In this document: positions 37,861-47,213 of the stretch, one piece after another
Position numbering within the stretch: the stretch's first letter is position 1
How the letters are laid out: each line of letters begins with the position of its first letter
NCBI GenBank assembly: GCA_002898295.1
Contig: BEHX01000001.1
Coordinates: 265,473 to 329,472 of the forward strand
Origin: a bacterium HR21
GTDB lineage: Bacteria; Bacteroidota; Ignavibacteria; Kapaibacteriales; HRBIN21
DNA length: 64,000 nucleotides
Reading direction: 5' to 3'
The notes under the pieces: model-generated
Told to the model about the DNA's origin: nothing
What the model saw: the letters and a program-made list of their open reading frames with translations, nothing else
Database searches by the model: none
Translations under genes and position numbers: made by a program

Positions 37861-40029
37861 ATGCATGACTACTCCCTCACCCTTGTCCTCCCCTGGTGGG
37901 GCATCCTGGGCACTCTCGCGCTCGCCGTAGGCATCAGCCTCTGGGCATACGGACGCCCTCTACCACCACTGCTTCCACGGCAGCGGCTGCTGTTGGGAAT
38001 GCTGCGGGCACTGGCTCTGTCCACGCTCGTTGTGGCACTCTGGCAGCCCGTCATGAGGATCTCCAGCAGCCACCGCGAAGAACCCCGCGTCGCCGTCTTG
38101 CTCGACAATTCCGCTTCAATGCGTCTGCAAGATGCTTCCGGCTCGCGGGCAGAACGCTACCGAAGCGCTCTACAGCAGCTCCACGACCTCCTGGTCGACC
38201 AGCGAGCCCATCTCCTGCGCTTCGATGCCTCGGTTCGTCCGCTCGAGCGCTGGCACCCGGACTCCCTGTCACTGGATGGGATTGCAACGAACTTCGCCCA
38301 CGCCTTCCGCTGGGTTGCCAGCGAGGCTCGCACGAGTCACCTCCGGGCTGTACTCCTGCTCAGCGATGGTGTTGTCACCGCTGGAGAATCGCCCGTACCT
38401 GAGGCCGAAGCCCTTGGAATCCCGATCGTCACCGTCTTGGTCGGTGACACTACACCGCAGCGCGACGCTGCCGTACAGAGTCTCCTTGCCAACGAGCGCA
38501 TCCCGCTTGGGAGCCGCAGTGAGGTCTTCGTCTCCTTGAGTGCCGACCAGCTCGGTGGCGAAACCGCCCAGCTTGAACTCTGGGAAGATGATCGCCGCCT
38601 TGCAACTGTCAGCCTCCCGCTGCGCTCTGAGCAGCGCCTCTATACGGTGCGGTTTCCCTACGAGCCGAAGACCGAAGGGATACACCAGCTGCGCGTCCGC
38701 ATTCTCCCCCTGCCGGGTGAACGTAGCCGGCGGAATAACGAAGCCCGCACATTCGTGGATGTCGTCCGTGTTTCCCGTCGACTACTGCTCTTTGCTGGCT
38801 CGCCCAGCCCCGATTTGGCATTCCTCCGACGCGAGCTGCAGCGCAATCCACTCCTGCAACTCTCCACCTTTGTCCACAAGGATGGCGCTTCGTTCTACGA
38901 AGGCGAGCCCTCTGCCGAGCTCCTCCGCCAGGCCGATGCGCTGCTCTTGCTGGACTTCCCGACCCGAACAACCCCCGAGCCGCTCGTCCGGGCACTCGTC
39001 GAGATTGCCTCCAAGGGTTGCCCTATCGCCTACATTGCCGGACCCCTGACTGACCCTCGCAAACTCCGCCTTCTGGAAAGCGTGCTGCCCATCACTGTGC
39101 GAGCACCCGGCTCCCTGAGAGAGCTCACCGCTACCCTGCACCCTACCCCCTCAGGGGCTCTCCATCCACTCCTGAAGCTTCCCGAAGAGACTGCACCCAG
39201 CGCTTGGAACCAACTGCCGCCCCTCTTCCTCGTCAGCGGCTTGGCGCAACCGAAGCCGACAGCCGAGCTCCTGGCAGTTGCCCACGCAAGCGTTGTCCAA
39301 GAACCGCTGCTGCTTGTGCAACAGCAGCCCGTCCGCAGCGTTGCCCTCCTCGGGTACGGTCTCTACCGGTGGAAGCTCATGGGGTATGCTGCCGAGCTTG
39401 CCCGCGGGCGGGTGCAACAGCCAGACTACCTGGCAACATTCGTTACTCAGTTGACGCAATGGCTCCTGAGCACGCCTCGGGAACGGCTCCTGCGCATCCG
39501 CACCACGCAGCGCCTCTACATCGCCGGCGAGCCGATCCAGTTCTGGGCTTCCCTGACCGACCCGCTGGGCAACCCGATAGACGAGGCAACCGTTCGGCTC
39601 CGCATCACGGGCACTGCAAGCTCCCGGGAACTGCTCCTCTCACCTTCGGGGCAAGGGACGTACCAGGGAACGCTTCCCGAGTTGCCCAGCGGCGAGTACA
39701 CCTTCACCGGTGAGGCACTCCTGCAGGGCACACGGCTCGGGACAGACCGAGGACATTTCAGCGTCGGGGACATCGGACTGGAGGAACGCTCGCTGCGAGC
39801 CGATGCAGAACTCCTGCAGACGCTGGCACAACGGACCGGCGGAGCATTCTTCCTGGCAGACTCCGCCTCCCAGGCATGGAAATTCATCCAGCAGCTGCCA
39901 GGCTTCCGTCCCGTCATCATGGATGTCCGCCGAGAGCTTGCCCTCTGGTACTCTCCCTGGCTCCTGGTCGCTGCCCTGCTGGGATTTTCAGCCGAGTGGA
40001 TTCTCCGGCGCCGTTGGGGCGTGCTCTGA
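37861..40029 (+). CDS. Membrane-anchored VWA-domain protein
   Basis: MIDAS-like LLDNSASM and LLSDG motifs, N-terminal TM pair and C-terminal AEWILRRRWG. Confidence 0.75.
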   Translation: MHDYSLTLVLPWWGILGTLALAVGISLWAYGRPLPPLLPRQRLLLGMLRALALSTLVVALWQPVMRISSSHREEPRVAVLLDNSASMRLQDASGSRAERYRSALQQLHDLLVDQRAHLLRFDASVRPLERWHPDSLSLDGIATNFAHAFRWVASEARTSHLRAVLLLSDGVVTAGESPVPEAEALGIPIVTVLVGDTTPQRDAAVQSLLANERIPLGSRSEVFVSLSADQLGGETAQLELWEDDRRLATVSLPLRSEQRLYTVRFPYEPKTEGIHQLRVRILPLPGERSRRNNEARTFVDVVRVSRRLLLFAGSPSPDLAFLRRELQRNPLLQLSTFVHKDGASFYEGEPSAELLRQADALLLLDFPTRTTPEPLVRALVEIASKGCPIAYIAGPLTDPRKLRLLESVLPITVRAPGSLRELTATLHPTPSGALHPLLKLPEETAPSAWNQLPPLFLVSGLAQPKPTAELLAVAHASVVQEPLLLVQQQPVRSVALLGYGLYRWKLMGYAAELARGRVQQPDYLATFVTQLTQWLLSTPRERLLRIRTTQRLYIAGEPIQFWASLTDPLGNPIDEATVRLRITGTASSRELLLSPSGQGTYQGTLPELPSGEYTFTGEALLQGTRLGTDRGHFSVGDIGLEERSLRADAELLQTLAQRTGGAFFLADSASQAWKFIQQLPGFRPVIMDVRRELALWYSPWLLVAALLGFSAEWILRRRWGVL

Positions 40030-40884
40030 CACCCAAGCTCGGCGGAGCTGGTGCCATGCCAGCACAAGCCCCAGCTCTGCCCCCGCTGCCAAGGCAATCC
40101 AGCCGGAAATCGCTCCGCCGATGGCACCAGATAACCCATAGCCTACCACGGCACTCACCGCCCCGAAGAGTGCTGCAGCTCCAATCATCACCGGTAACGA
40201 CACGCGGAGCAGCCGCGCAGCTGCTGCGGGCACGACGAGCAGGGCGACAATGAGGATCGCCCCGACCAGCTCAAACCCCACCACCGTCACCACGGCAGTC
40301 AGTCCCAACAGTACTCCCTGCCACCGCCTCGGCACAATCCCCAGCACAGCCGCACATTCCGGATCAAACAGGCTCAGCACCAAGCGCCGGTAGCCCAGCA
40401 CGAGCACGATCACAACCACCACCAGCAATCCAAGGGCAGTCAGCAGCGCCCTCGGCGCCGCTACGCCCCCACCGAAGAGCAGCACCGTATCGAGTGGCAC
40501 ATAGGCAAGCTCGCCGTAGAGGACACACTCCACGTCCAAATCCACCTGAGCCGCCACGGAAGAGAGGGAAAGCACCCCGACAGCGAAGAAACTGCTCAAC
40601 ACCGCCGCTAGGGCTGCATCGCTGGACCATCCGAAGCGGTGTTGGAGAAGCTGCACCAGCAGCAATGCAGCAATAGCGCTGCCCCCTGCCCCGAGCAGCA
40701 TAATAGGAAGCTCCCGTACCCCGCTCCAGAGGTATGCCAGCACAATTCCCGGCACAACCGCGTGCGAGATCACATCACCTAGCAGCACCATCCGGCGCAG
40801 AAGGAGAAAGCTCCCTAAAAGCGCACACACCACCGCCAAGACCACAGCCGTCAGCACAATGGCCCAATTGACCGCTGCCATCAT
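39988..40884 (-). CDS. Mn/Zn/Fe ABC transporter permease (TroD/MntD-like)
   Basis: LGSFLLLRRM..GDVISHAVVPG, LYGEL and VGAILIVALLVVPAAAAR motifs. ATG overlaps the upstream stop. Confidence 0.88.
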   Translation of the reverse strand: MMAAVNWAIVLTAVVLAVVCALLGSFLLLRRMVLLGDVISHAVVPGIVLAYLWSGVRELPIMLLGAGGSAIAALLLVQLLQHRFGWSSDAALAAVLSSFFAVGVLSLSSVAAQVDLDVECVLYGELAYVPLDTVLLFGGGVAAPRALLTALGLLVVVVIVLVLGYRRLVLSLFDPECAAVLGIVPRRWQGVLLGLTAVVTVVGFELVGAILIVALLVVPAAAARLLRVSLPVMIGAAALFGAVSAVVGYGLSGAIGGAISGWIALAAGAELGLVLAWHQLRRAWVSEHAPTAPENPLG

Positions 40885-42140
40885 GGTTCTCCTGGTGGGA
40901 TCGGACGTCCGTGCGGATCGTGATGCGGATATCCCAGCATCGCCTCCAGCTGTGCCTCCAACTCTGCAGAGAGCACGTGCTCGACCAGCTCTGCTTCTGC
41001 ATGGACATCCTCCGGTGCAAGCCCGAGCACACGCTCCAGATAGAGTTCCCAGAGCCGATGCCGGCGGACAATCCGCCGCGCCCTCCGGCACCCCGCTTCC
41101 GTTGCCGTCCAGCCCGCTGCAGGATGCCATCGCACAGAGCCTCTGAGCCAGAGCCAGAGGGCAATCCAGGGTGCATTCTCCCTCGCCGCGGCTCTCCTCC
41201 ACGCTGCCGTGCGCCAGCTCTGGCGTTCCTCCCCGAGCCGGTAGAGCACCTTATGGGCATGCTCATCCCACCGCTGCACCGCCCGCCGCAGGCGATCCCA
41301 GAGTCGGGCAAGCAGTCCACGCCGAGGTGCAACCAGGTGGGACAGCGCGCCCAGCAGCGCTGCAATCGTGACGATGACCGGACCCGTTGGCACGCGCGGC
41401 ACTGCCAAGGAAACCCATACCCCGAGCAGCACCGAGACCATCGCGACCACCACCGCCCCGACCACCAGTGCCCCAACCCGCCGAACCCACAGTCGCGCTG
41501 CCATCGGCGGCAGGACCAACAACGCCACCATCAGCACAACCCCCACGCTCTGAATACTGACCACGATAACCAGCACCAGCGCCATGGAGAACCCGACCTC
41601 GACCCAGCGCAGGGGCAATGGAAGCGCCCGCACAAACTCCGCATCGAAGGCGAGCGCAACCAGCTCTTTGAACGCAAGAGCCAGAAAAGCGAGCACAGGC
41701 ACCACAACAGCAGCAATCATCACGACATCATTCCAGCTGACTGCTGCCGCCTGCCCAAAGAGAAAGCGCCATAAGCTCATCTGCTGCGGATCCTGCCACT
41801 GCTGCAGCAGCGTCAACACAACAATCCCCGCCCCAAAGGACACCGAGAGTACCACGCCGAGCCGTAGGTCTTCTGCAAGGTGTGTCACCCGCTGCAGGAC
41901 TCTGCTCAGTGCCACCGCCGCCCCCATCGTCACCGCCGCTCCCAGCAGGAGAATCGGGAGCTCAACTCGGCGGCTAACCAAGTATGCCAGCCCAATACCG
42001 GGAAGTGCCGCATGGGCGAGGACATCCCCGAAGAGCACTTCGCGCCGCAGCAGTGCGAAGCTCCCCACAGATGCACACCCGAGGGCAATGAGCAAGTTGC
42101 CCACCACAACACCGAGCACAACCGGAGTAAACCACTCCAT
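40881..42140 (-). CDS. Mn/Zn/Fe ABC permease (TroC-like) fused to a C-terminal DtxR-type domain
   Basis: GDVLAHAALPG permease motif and C-terminal RRHRLWELYL...HAEAELVEH...DPHGRPIP. Confidence 0.88.
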   Translation of the reverse strand: MEWFTPVVLGVVVGNLLIALGCASVGSFALLRREVLFGDVLAHAALPGIGLAYLVSRRVELPILLLGAAVTMGAAVALSRVLQRVTHLAEDLRLGVVLSVSFGAGIVVLTLLQQWQDPQQMSLWRFLFGQAAAVSWNDVVMIAAVVVPVLAFLALAFKELVALAFDAEFVRALPLPLRWVEVGFSMALVLVIVVSIQSVGVVLMVALLVLPPMAARLWVRRVGALVVGAVVVAMVSVLLGVWVSLAVPRVPTGPVIVTIAALLGALSHLVAPRRGLLARLWDRLRRAVQRWDEHAHKVLYRLGEERQSWRTAAWRRAAARENAPWIALWLWLRGSVRWHPAAGWTATEAGCRRARRIVRRHRLWELYLERVLGLAPEDVHAEAELVEHVLSAELEAQLEAMLGYPHHDPHGRPIPPGEP

Positions 42141-42916
42141 CAGCGCTCCCTCTGCCGCAGCACTTCCCGATGGAGCACGGCACGCTCAACGACCTCACTC
42201 AACACCGCCGACCGCCCTCCGTAGGCTTTCTGCAGCGACGATGCTGTCAAGACCTCCTCCGTGCGCCCAGCAGCGATCACCCGCAAATTCAGCAGAACGA
42301 CCCACTCGAAGAGGCTGGCAACGACGTGCAGGTCATGGTGCACGACAACCACGGTCTTCCCCGCACGGCGCAGCTCCAGGAGTGTGTCCAGCAGCACCTG
42401 CTCGGTTGCTGCATCCACACCGGCAAAGGGCTCATCCATCAGGTACAGCTCGGCGTCCTGCGCCAATGCTCGCGCCAGGAAGACCCGCTGCTGTTGTCCT
42501 ACGGAGAGCTCTCCGAGCTGGCGCCGGGCAAGGGCATCGAGCCCCACGCGGCGCAGCGCCTCCCACGCCCGCTCGTAATCTTGCTTGCCCGGGCGTTGGA
42601 AGAGCTTCAGCCGTCCGTAGCGCCCCATCAGCACTACGTCGAGCACCGTCAGCGGGAAATCCCAGTCAACGCTCTCCCGCTGTGGCATGTAGCTCATACG
42701 CGACCGCGCCTCGGCAGGCGGGCTTCCCAGGAGGCGCACCTCCCCGCGCTCGACCGGTACCAACCCCACCAACGCCCGCAGCAACGTGGACTTCCCCGCC
42801 CCGTTTGGTCCCACAATTGCCGCCAAACACCCCGCAGGGATTTGGCATGTCACGCCCCAGAGGGCAACCCGACGCCCATAGAACACCGTCACGTCCCGGC
42901 ACTCAACCGCCATCAT
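42140..42916 (-). CDS. Mn/Zn ABC transporter ATP-binding protein (TroB/MntB-like)
   Basis: GPNGAGKST, LSVGQQQR, MDEPFAGVD and HHDL motifs. Confidence 0.92.
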   Translation of the reverse strand: MMAVECRDVTVFYGRRVALWGVTCQIPAGCLAAIVGPNGAGKSTLLRALVGLVPVERGEVRLLGSPPAEARSRMSYMPQRESVDWDFPLTVLDVVLMGRYGRLKLFQRPGKQDYERAWEALRRVGLDALARRQLGELSVGQQQRVFLARALAQDAELYLMDEPFAGVDAATEQVLLDTLLELRRAGKTVVVVHHDLHVVASLFEWVVLLNLRVIAAGRTEEVLTASSLQKAYGGRSAVLSEVVERAVLHREVLRQRER

Positions 42917-43830
42917 GGGAGGGAATCCCCTGCTAAGCCGCCTACAATCCGCCGAACGTTGCTCTGCATCATCCCGACATACGTCTCAGCCCCGCTGCCT
43001 GGCGCTCCCAGAGCATCGGAGAAGAGCTCGCCAGCAATCCGAACCGAGCCCCCACGCAGGCGTACCATCTGCACGACGTTGTCCATCAAGCGAGCAGGCA
43101 GAGTGCTCTCCACGAAGACCGCCGGAACCTGCCGGCGCTCGATGAGCTCGGCAACCCGCACCACATCGTGAAGCCCGAACTCCGCCACCGTGGACACCCC
43201 CTGCAGAGCGACCGTTTCCATGCCGTAGGCTCGCCCGAAGTAGGCGAATGCATCGTGAATTGTCACCAGCACCCGCCTCTGCGCCGGTATCCGCTGCAGC
43301 TGCTGGCGAATCCATTGGTCTACGTGAGTCAACTCCTGCGCGTACTGCCGCGCTCGCTCCCGCCATTGCGTCCCCCACTGGGGGAACAGCGCCGCAAGCG
43401 TATCAGCAAGCCGGAGCACAAGCTCCCGCCAGAGCCGCACATCGAACCAGACATGGGGGTCATACTGCTCGGGACCAACCTGCCGGAGCGACTCCCGCGG
43501 GAGGAGCTCCGCAGCGAAGATGACGGGCTTCTGCCGTGCAAGCGAGCGGAGCACCGTCTCCATCTTCCCTTCCAGGCGCAGCCCATGGGCAATGACCGCC
43601 CGCGCCCGCTGGAGGCGCTCCCCATCCTGAGCCGTGGGCTTGTACAGATGCGGGTCTACCCCCGGTCCCATCAAGACTTCCACGGGCATATCCTCCTGCA
43701 CAATCGTGCGGACCGCATCTGCCAGCAACGTGGTGGTCACCACAAGCGGCTCCCCGTCCCCGGGCACCCGCGCACAGCCCAGCACTCCGAATAGCACCAC
43801 CCACACGCACCCTCGCATGCCTCCGCTCAC
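42913..43830 (-). CDS. Mn/Zn ABC substrate-binding lipoprotein (TroA-like)
   Basis: Lipobox VLGC, GVDPHLY, YDPHVWFD, HDAFAYFG and SDALG motifs. Confidence 0.92.
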   Translation of the reverse strand: MSGGMRGCVWVVLFGVLGCARVPGDGEPLVVTTTLLADAVRTIVQEDMPVEVLMGPGVDPHLYKPTAQDGERLQRARAVIAHGLRLEGKMETVLRSLARQKPVIFAAELLPRESLRQVGPEQYDPHVWFDVRLWRELVLRLADTLAALFPQWGTQWRERARQYAQELTHVDQWIRQQLQRIPAQRRVLVTIHDAFAYFGRAYGMETVALQGVSTVAEFGLHDVVRVAELIERRQVPAVFVESTLPARLMDNVVQMVRLRGGSVRIAGELFSDALGAPGSGAETYVGMMQSNVRRIVGGLAGDSLP

Positions 43831-44474
43831 AGTGGTTCAACGAACACTGCCCCCGCAACCGCCCCCGACAGGTATACAAGCTCACCGGCAATCGCCAGGA
43901 GATATGCTCCGTGTCCGCTCTGTCGCCCGCAGAGACGACACCGCTGCTGGGGAAGGAGCCCCAGGCGCACCAGCTCAGCCAATGTCCCCACGTTGTGGTC
44001 GCGCACCCTCCGGACAATCGCCTCCTGCCCGAGCCGAAGCGCACCCAAGGGAAGAGCCACCAGCTCCGGCACCGACCCATCCCGCCGAGGAATTGGGTCC
44101 CCGTGTGGGTCATACTCTGGTTCACCGAGCAGACGGGCAATCCGCTCCTCGAACTCTTCGGAAATCACGCTCTGCAGCCGTTCCGCCTCCCCATGGACCC
44201 GCTCCAGCGGGTAGCCCAGATGGCGGTGCAAATACAGCTCCAAGAGCCGATGATGACAGACGATCTCCGCCGCTCGCTCCCACCCCTTCGGTGTCAACTC
44301 TACCCCCCGATACGGGGTATAGCGCACCAATCCCTTGCGCTCCAGGCGCTGGAACATCTCCGTCACGGAACTGGCTCGCACCCCGAGACGGGCAGCCACT
44401 GTCGTGGTGGTTGCTTCCTGCCCCTCTTCCTGAAGCTGGTAGAGAACCTTCAGACAGCGATCTGCCGGAGACAT
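43827..44474 (-). CDS. DtxR/MntR-family metal-dependent repressor with FeoA domain
   Basis: HTH with SVTEM, HRLLELYL, HGEAERL, DPHGDPIP and a C-terminal FeoA-like region. Confidence 0.92.
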   Translation of the reverse strand: MSPADRCLKVLYQLQEEGQEATTTTVAARLGVRASSVTEMFQRLERKGLVRYTPYRGVELTPKGWERAAEIVCHHRLLELYLHRHLGYPLERVHGEAERLQSVISEEFEERIARLLGEPEYDPHGDPIPRRDGSVPELVALPLGALRLGQEAIVRRVRDHNVGTLAELVRLGLLPQQRCRLCGRQSGHGAYLLAIAGELVYLSGAVAGAVFVEPL

Positions 44475-44488
44475 GGGAGCGTCTCAAA

Positions 44489-44504
44489 TTTCGGGTAGCC
44501 GAAA
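44489..44504. promoter_or_regulatory. Palindromic operator TTTCGG-GTAG-CCGAAA, probable DtxR/MntR box
   Basis: Perfect 6-4-6 inverted repeat 15-30 nt upstream of the regulator ATG. Confidence 0.65.
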
Positions 44505-44547
44505 ACGAATAGCCTCTCCCCGCATTGTAGCCCCCTGGGGTGGGGAA

Positions 44548-45699
44548 CTATCCCCGGCGGGCACGTCGCCATGCTTCGTGAATCCCTTCGAGGAAGCCCT
44601 CTGCTGCCCGCTCAATGCTAAACTCCCGGCATGCGTGGGCGCTTATTGCTTCCCGGCGAGCACGTAGCTCCGGAAGCCGTGTCCGGAGGCAGCTGAGGAG
44701 CTCAACGAGCTCCTCCATCGCCGTTGGGGCAAAGAGCTCCCCGTTCCAGCCAGGACGCACCAAGTCATAGGCAGCTCCAACAGCGGTAGAGCAGAGCACG
44801 TACAGCCCAGTGGCCAGGGCTTCGTTGACAACAAGTCCCCAGACTTCTCGCAGTGAGGGCAAAACCAGGACATCCGCCAGCCCGTAGTACTGCGGCAGCT
44901 CCCACTGTTGGCGGAAGCCTGCGAAGACGACGCGCCCTTCTAACCCCAACTGCCGGCATAGTCCCCGCAGCTCCTTCTCCTGTGGACCTGTCCCGACGAC
45001 GAGCAGCCCGACCGTGGGATCAGAAAGCCGATGGAGCGCTTCCAGAAGGAGTCGGACATTCTTCCGCGGGATGAGTGACCCCACGGAGAGCAGGAGCAAC
45101 TCCGGATAGAGTGCCCGCTGAGCGAGAAACTCCGGACTGCGTCGGAAGCGCTCCGCATGGTGTCGGAAAAACTCCATATCCACGGTATTGAGCGAGAGCA
45201 CCACAGGGAACTCCCCACCGTGGATTTGCCGTAACCACGCTGCTGCTCGGCTCCCAAAGGCGATGCCGACACTTGTCCGGCGCACAAAGGCGCGCTTGAG
45301 GGCGAAGACAATCCCCCGACGCCGCTGGGCACTGCCTTCCCAGGATTCGTACCAGAGTGCCACCGGTATCCGGCGGCGCCGGGCAAAGAGAAGCCCCTGC
45401 CAATACACTGGCTGGTCATAGCCGCCCACGACGATGAGGTCAGGCTCGAAGTCCCGAAGGCTCCTGCCAAGCCCCCAGTTGAGGTGCAAATGCCACTCGT
45501 CGACCATCCACGCCCGGTGCACCCCCGGCAGAACGTGCCAGCGGAAGCGCGCCGCACTGGGCTGCTGCTCCCAGAGCCGGAGTGGCTCTGTCTGGGCAGC
45601 GCAGAGCACGAGAAGCTCTCCGTCAAGGCGCTGTGCAACGGCGTTGAAAAGCGGCACTCGATAAGGGCTGAGAATGTTTGTCAACACGGCAACGCGCAT
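44548..45699 (-). CDS. Glycosyltransferase family 4
   Basis: SPYRVPLF, VGSLIPRKN and EVWGLVVNEALATG motifs. Confidence 0.88.
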   Translation of the reverse strand: MRVAVLTNILSPYRVPLFNAVAQRLDGELLVLCAAQTEPLRLWEQQPSAARFRWHVLPGVHRAWMVDEWHLHLNWGLGRSLRDFEPDLIVVGGYDQPVYWQGLLFARRRRIPVALWYESWEGSAQRRRGIVFALKRAFVRRTSVGIAFGSRAAAWLRQIHGGEFPVVLSLNTVDMEFFRHHAERFRRSPEFLAQRALYPELLLLSVGSLIPRKNVRLLLEALHRLSDPTVGLLVVGTGPQEKELRGLCRQLGLEGRVVFAGFRQQWELPQYYGLADVLVLPSLREVWGLVVNEALATGLYVLCSTAVGAAYDLVRPGWNGELFAPTAMEELVELLSCLRTRLPELRARREAISAHACREFSIERAAEGFLEGIHEAWRRARRG

Positions 45700-45795
45700 G
45701 GTCTTACGGCAACGGCGACACCTACGAAACTACGCCGTGCTGGCGTACTCCCCCGCCGTGTCCTCGTCCCATGCAGAGAACCTCACAAGGGATGC

Positions 45796-45803
45796 TATTT
45801 TTG
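45796..45803 (+). promoter_or_regulatory. -7 promoter element TATTTTTG
   Basis: TAnnTTTG 25 nt upstream of ATG 45829. Confidence 0.55.
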
Positions 45804-45828
45804 TGCTGCCTCAAAACAGGCATCTCCG

Positions 45829-47190
45829 ATGCACTGCAGGAACCTTGCCCATGTCTTCCTTGTGCTAACCTCCCTGGCGGTCGGGCAGGAACGTCGGTGG
45901 GTCCGTCTGCTGGACGATGCTGTCTTCACCGTCGCCATCAATCCCGAGAACCCACGGACGCTCTACGCCGGCGGACTTGGACATCGGCTCTACCGTTCAA
46001 CTGATGGTGGGCTACACTGGGACACTCTCATTGTGGATTACCCGGGCGGGGCAGCACAGTTTCTGGACGTCTTCATTCACCGCCGCGATACCGCTGTGCT
46101 CCTTGTCGGCGGTTCCGGTTTCGGGAAGCTCATTCGCAGCAGCGATGGCGGGCGCTCATGGCAGGAGGTGCTCGTCCCCGAACATTCGCTCCTCCTGCCC
46201 AGTGGGGCGTCGATCGTCGCTCACCCTTTACATCCCGACACCATCGTTGTTGCCGAGTACATCGGACCGGGGTGGTCGCCACCGCGGCTGTACCGGAGCC
46301 AGGATGGGGGGCGCACGTGGGATACTCTCGACGTCTTCCCGGAACCGATTCCGAACTGTGCCATGGCGGTGCGGTGGGACAGTCTCTGGCTCGTCGTTGC
46401 CCGCTGTGATGGGGCACTCTTTGTCTCGGAAGATTGGCGGCAGTGGCGGCAGATAGCGCATCTCCGGCTTCCGGGATTTCCCCAGGAATCTGAAATCCCG
46501 GACCTCCTCTTTGTGCCGGAGCAGCCTCGGCTGGGATTCCTGGCAGTGACGTTCCTGTTCGACACTACGATTGCCGGGCGTCCCAACGGAGGGCTGTACC
46601 GGACCACAGACGGTGGCTATACGTGGGAGCTGATCGCCTTCCCTGATACCAGCCTCTGGGCAGTTGCATCGCACCGCCAGGGTTCCGAGCTTGAGCTCGC
46701 CGTCGGCGGCTTCACGCTCTACCCAGACACTCTCGGACGACCGCTGGTCCCGGGGTCCGGCATCGTGCGTATTTCCCCCGACGGGGGGCAGCGCTGGATT
46801 CCCCACGATGATTCCCTGCCGTGGGTAGAGGCGGACCCGATCTACCGCCGCGTCTGGCGGCTCAAGTACTCTCCCACGGGCACACTCTACGTTGCCACCG
46901 AAGCAGGGCTCTACGCCTGGGAACACGGCGTTGGCATCGGGTCGGAGTTGCCCACGGCGGCAGAGCCCTCGGCGCTTGTCCTCAACGGCACAGTGTGGGC
47001 TGTCCGGGCGCCTTGCACGGGCAAGCTCTCACTGTGGAAGCTGCCCGGAAGGCTGGTCCGGCAGTATACCCTCACAGCCGGCATGCAGTACGTAGATCTC
47101 TCCCCTCTGGCAGCCGGAGTTTACAGCGCCGAACTGCAGAGGGCGGACGGAAGGGTGTGCCGCCGCTGGCTCGTCCTGCGCCTGCCGTGA
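45829..47190 (+). CDS. Secreted BNR/Asp-box beta-propeller protein with T9SS-type C-terminus
   Basis: Repeated (S/T/P)xDGGxxW motifs and C-terminal LAAGVYS. Confidence 0.7.
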   Translation: MHCRNLAHVFLVLTSLAVGQERRWVRLLDDAVFTVAINPENPRTLYAGGLGHRLYRSTDGGLHWDTLIVDYPGGAAQFLDVFIHRRDTAVLLVGGSGFGKLIRSSDGGRSWQEVLVPEHSLLLPSGASIVAHPLHPDTIVVAEYIGPGWSPPRLYRSQDGGRTWDTLDVFPEPIPNCAMAVRWDSLWLVVARCDGALFVSEDWRQWRQIAHLRLPGFPQESEIPDLLFVPEQPRLGFLAVTFLFDTTIAGRPNGGLYRTTDGGYTWELIAFPDTSLWAVASHRQGSELELAVGGFTLYPDTLGRPLVPGSGIVRISPDGGQRWIPHDDSLPWVEADPIYRRVWRLKYSPTGTLYVATEAGLYAWEHGVGIGSELPTAAEPSALVLNGTVWAVRAPCTGKLSLWKLPGRLVRQYTLTAGMQYVDLSPLAAGVYSAELQRADGRVCRRWLVLRLP

Positions 47191-47213
47191 AGGATATACT
47201 CTGTGGGCATCCT

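Noticed and set aside
36000-44400. Extended C-rich + strand across genes of both orientations
   Set aside because: Broad and gradual, consistent with ordinary replication-strand skew plus Val/Gly/Trp-rich membrane proteins. No motif or sharp inversion seen.
45484-45828. N-terminal extensions of ORF-track calls (also 15097, 34244, 36845, 41202, 51973, 60250)
   Set aside because: They overlap neighbouring genes or promoter elements. Downstream ATGs give proper signal peptides or family N-termini.
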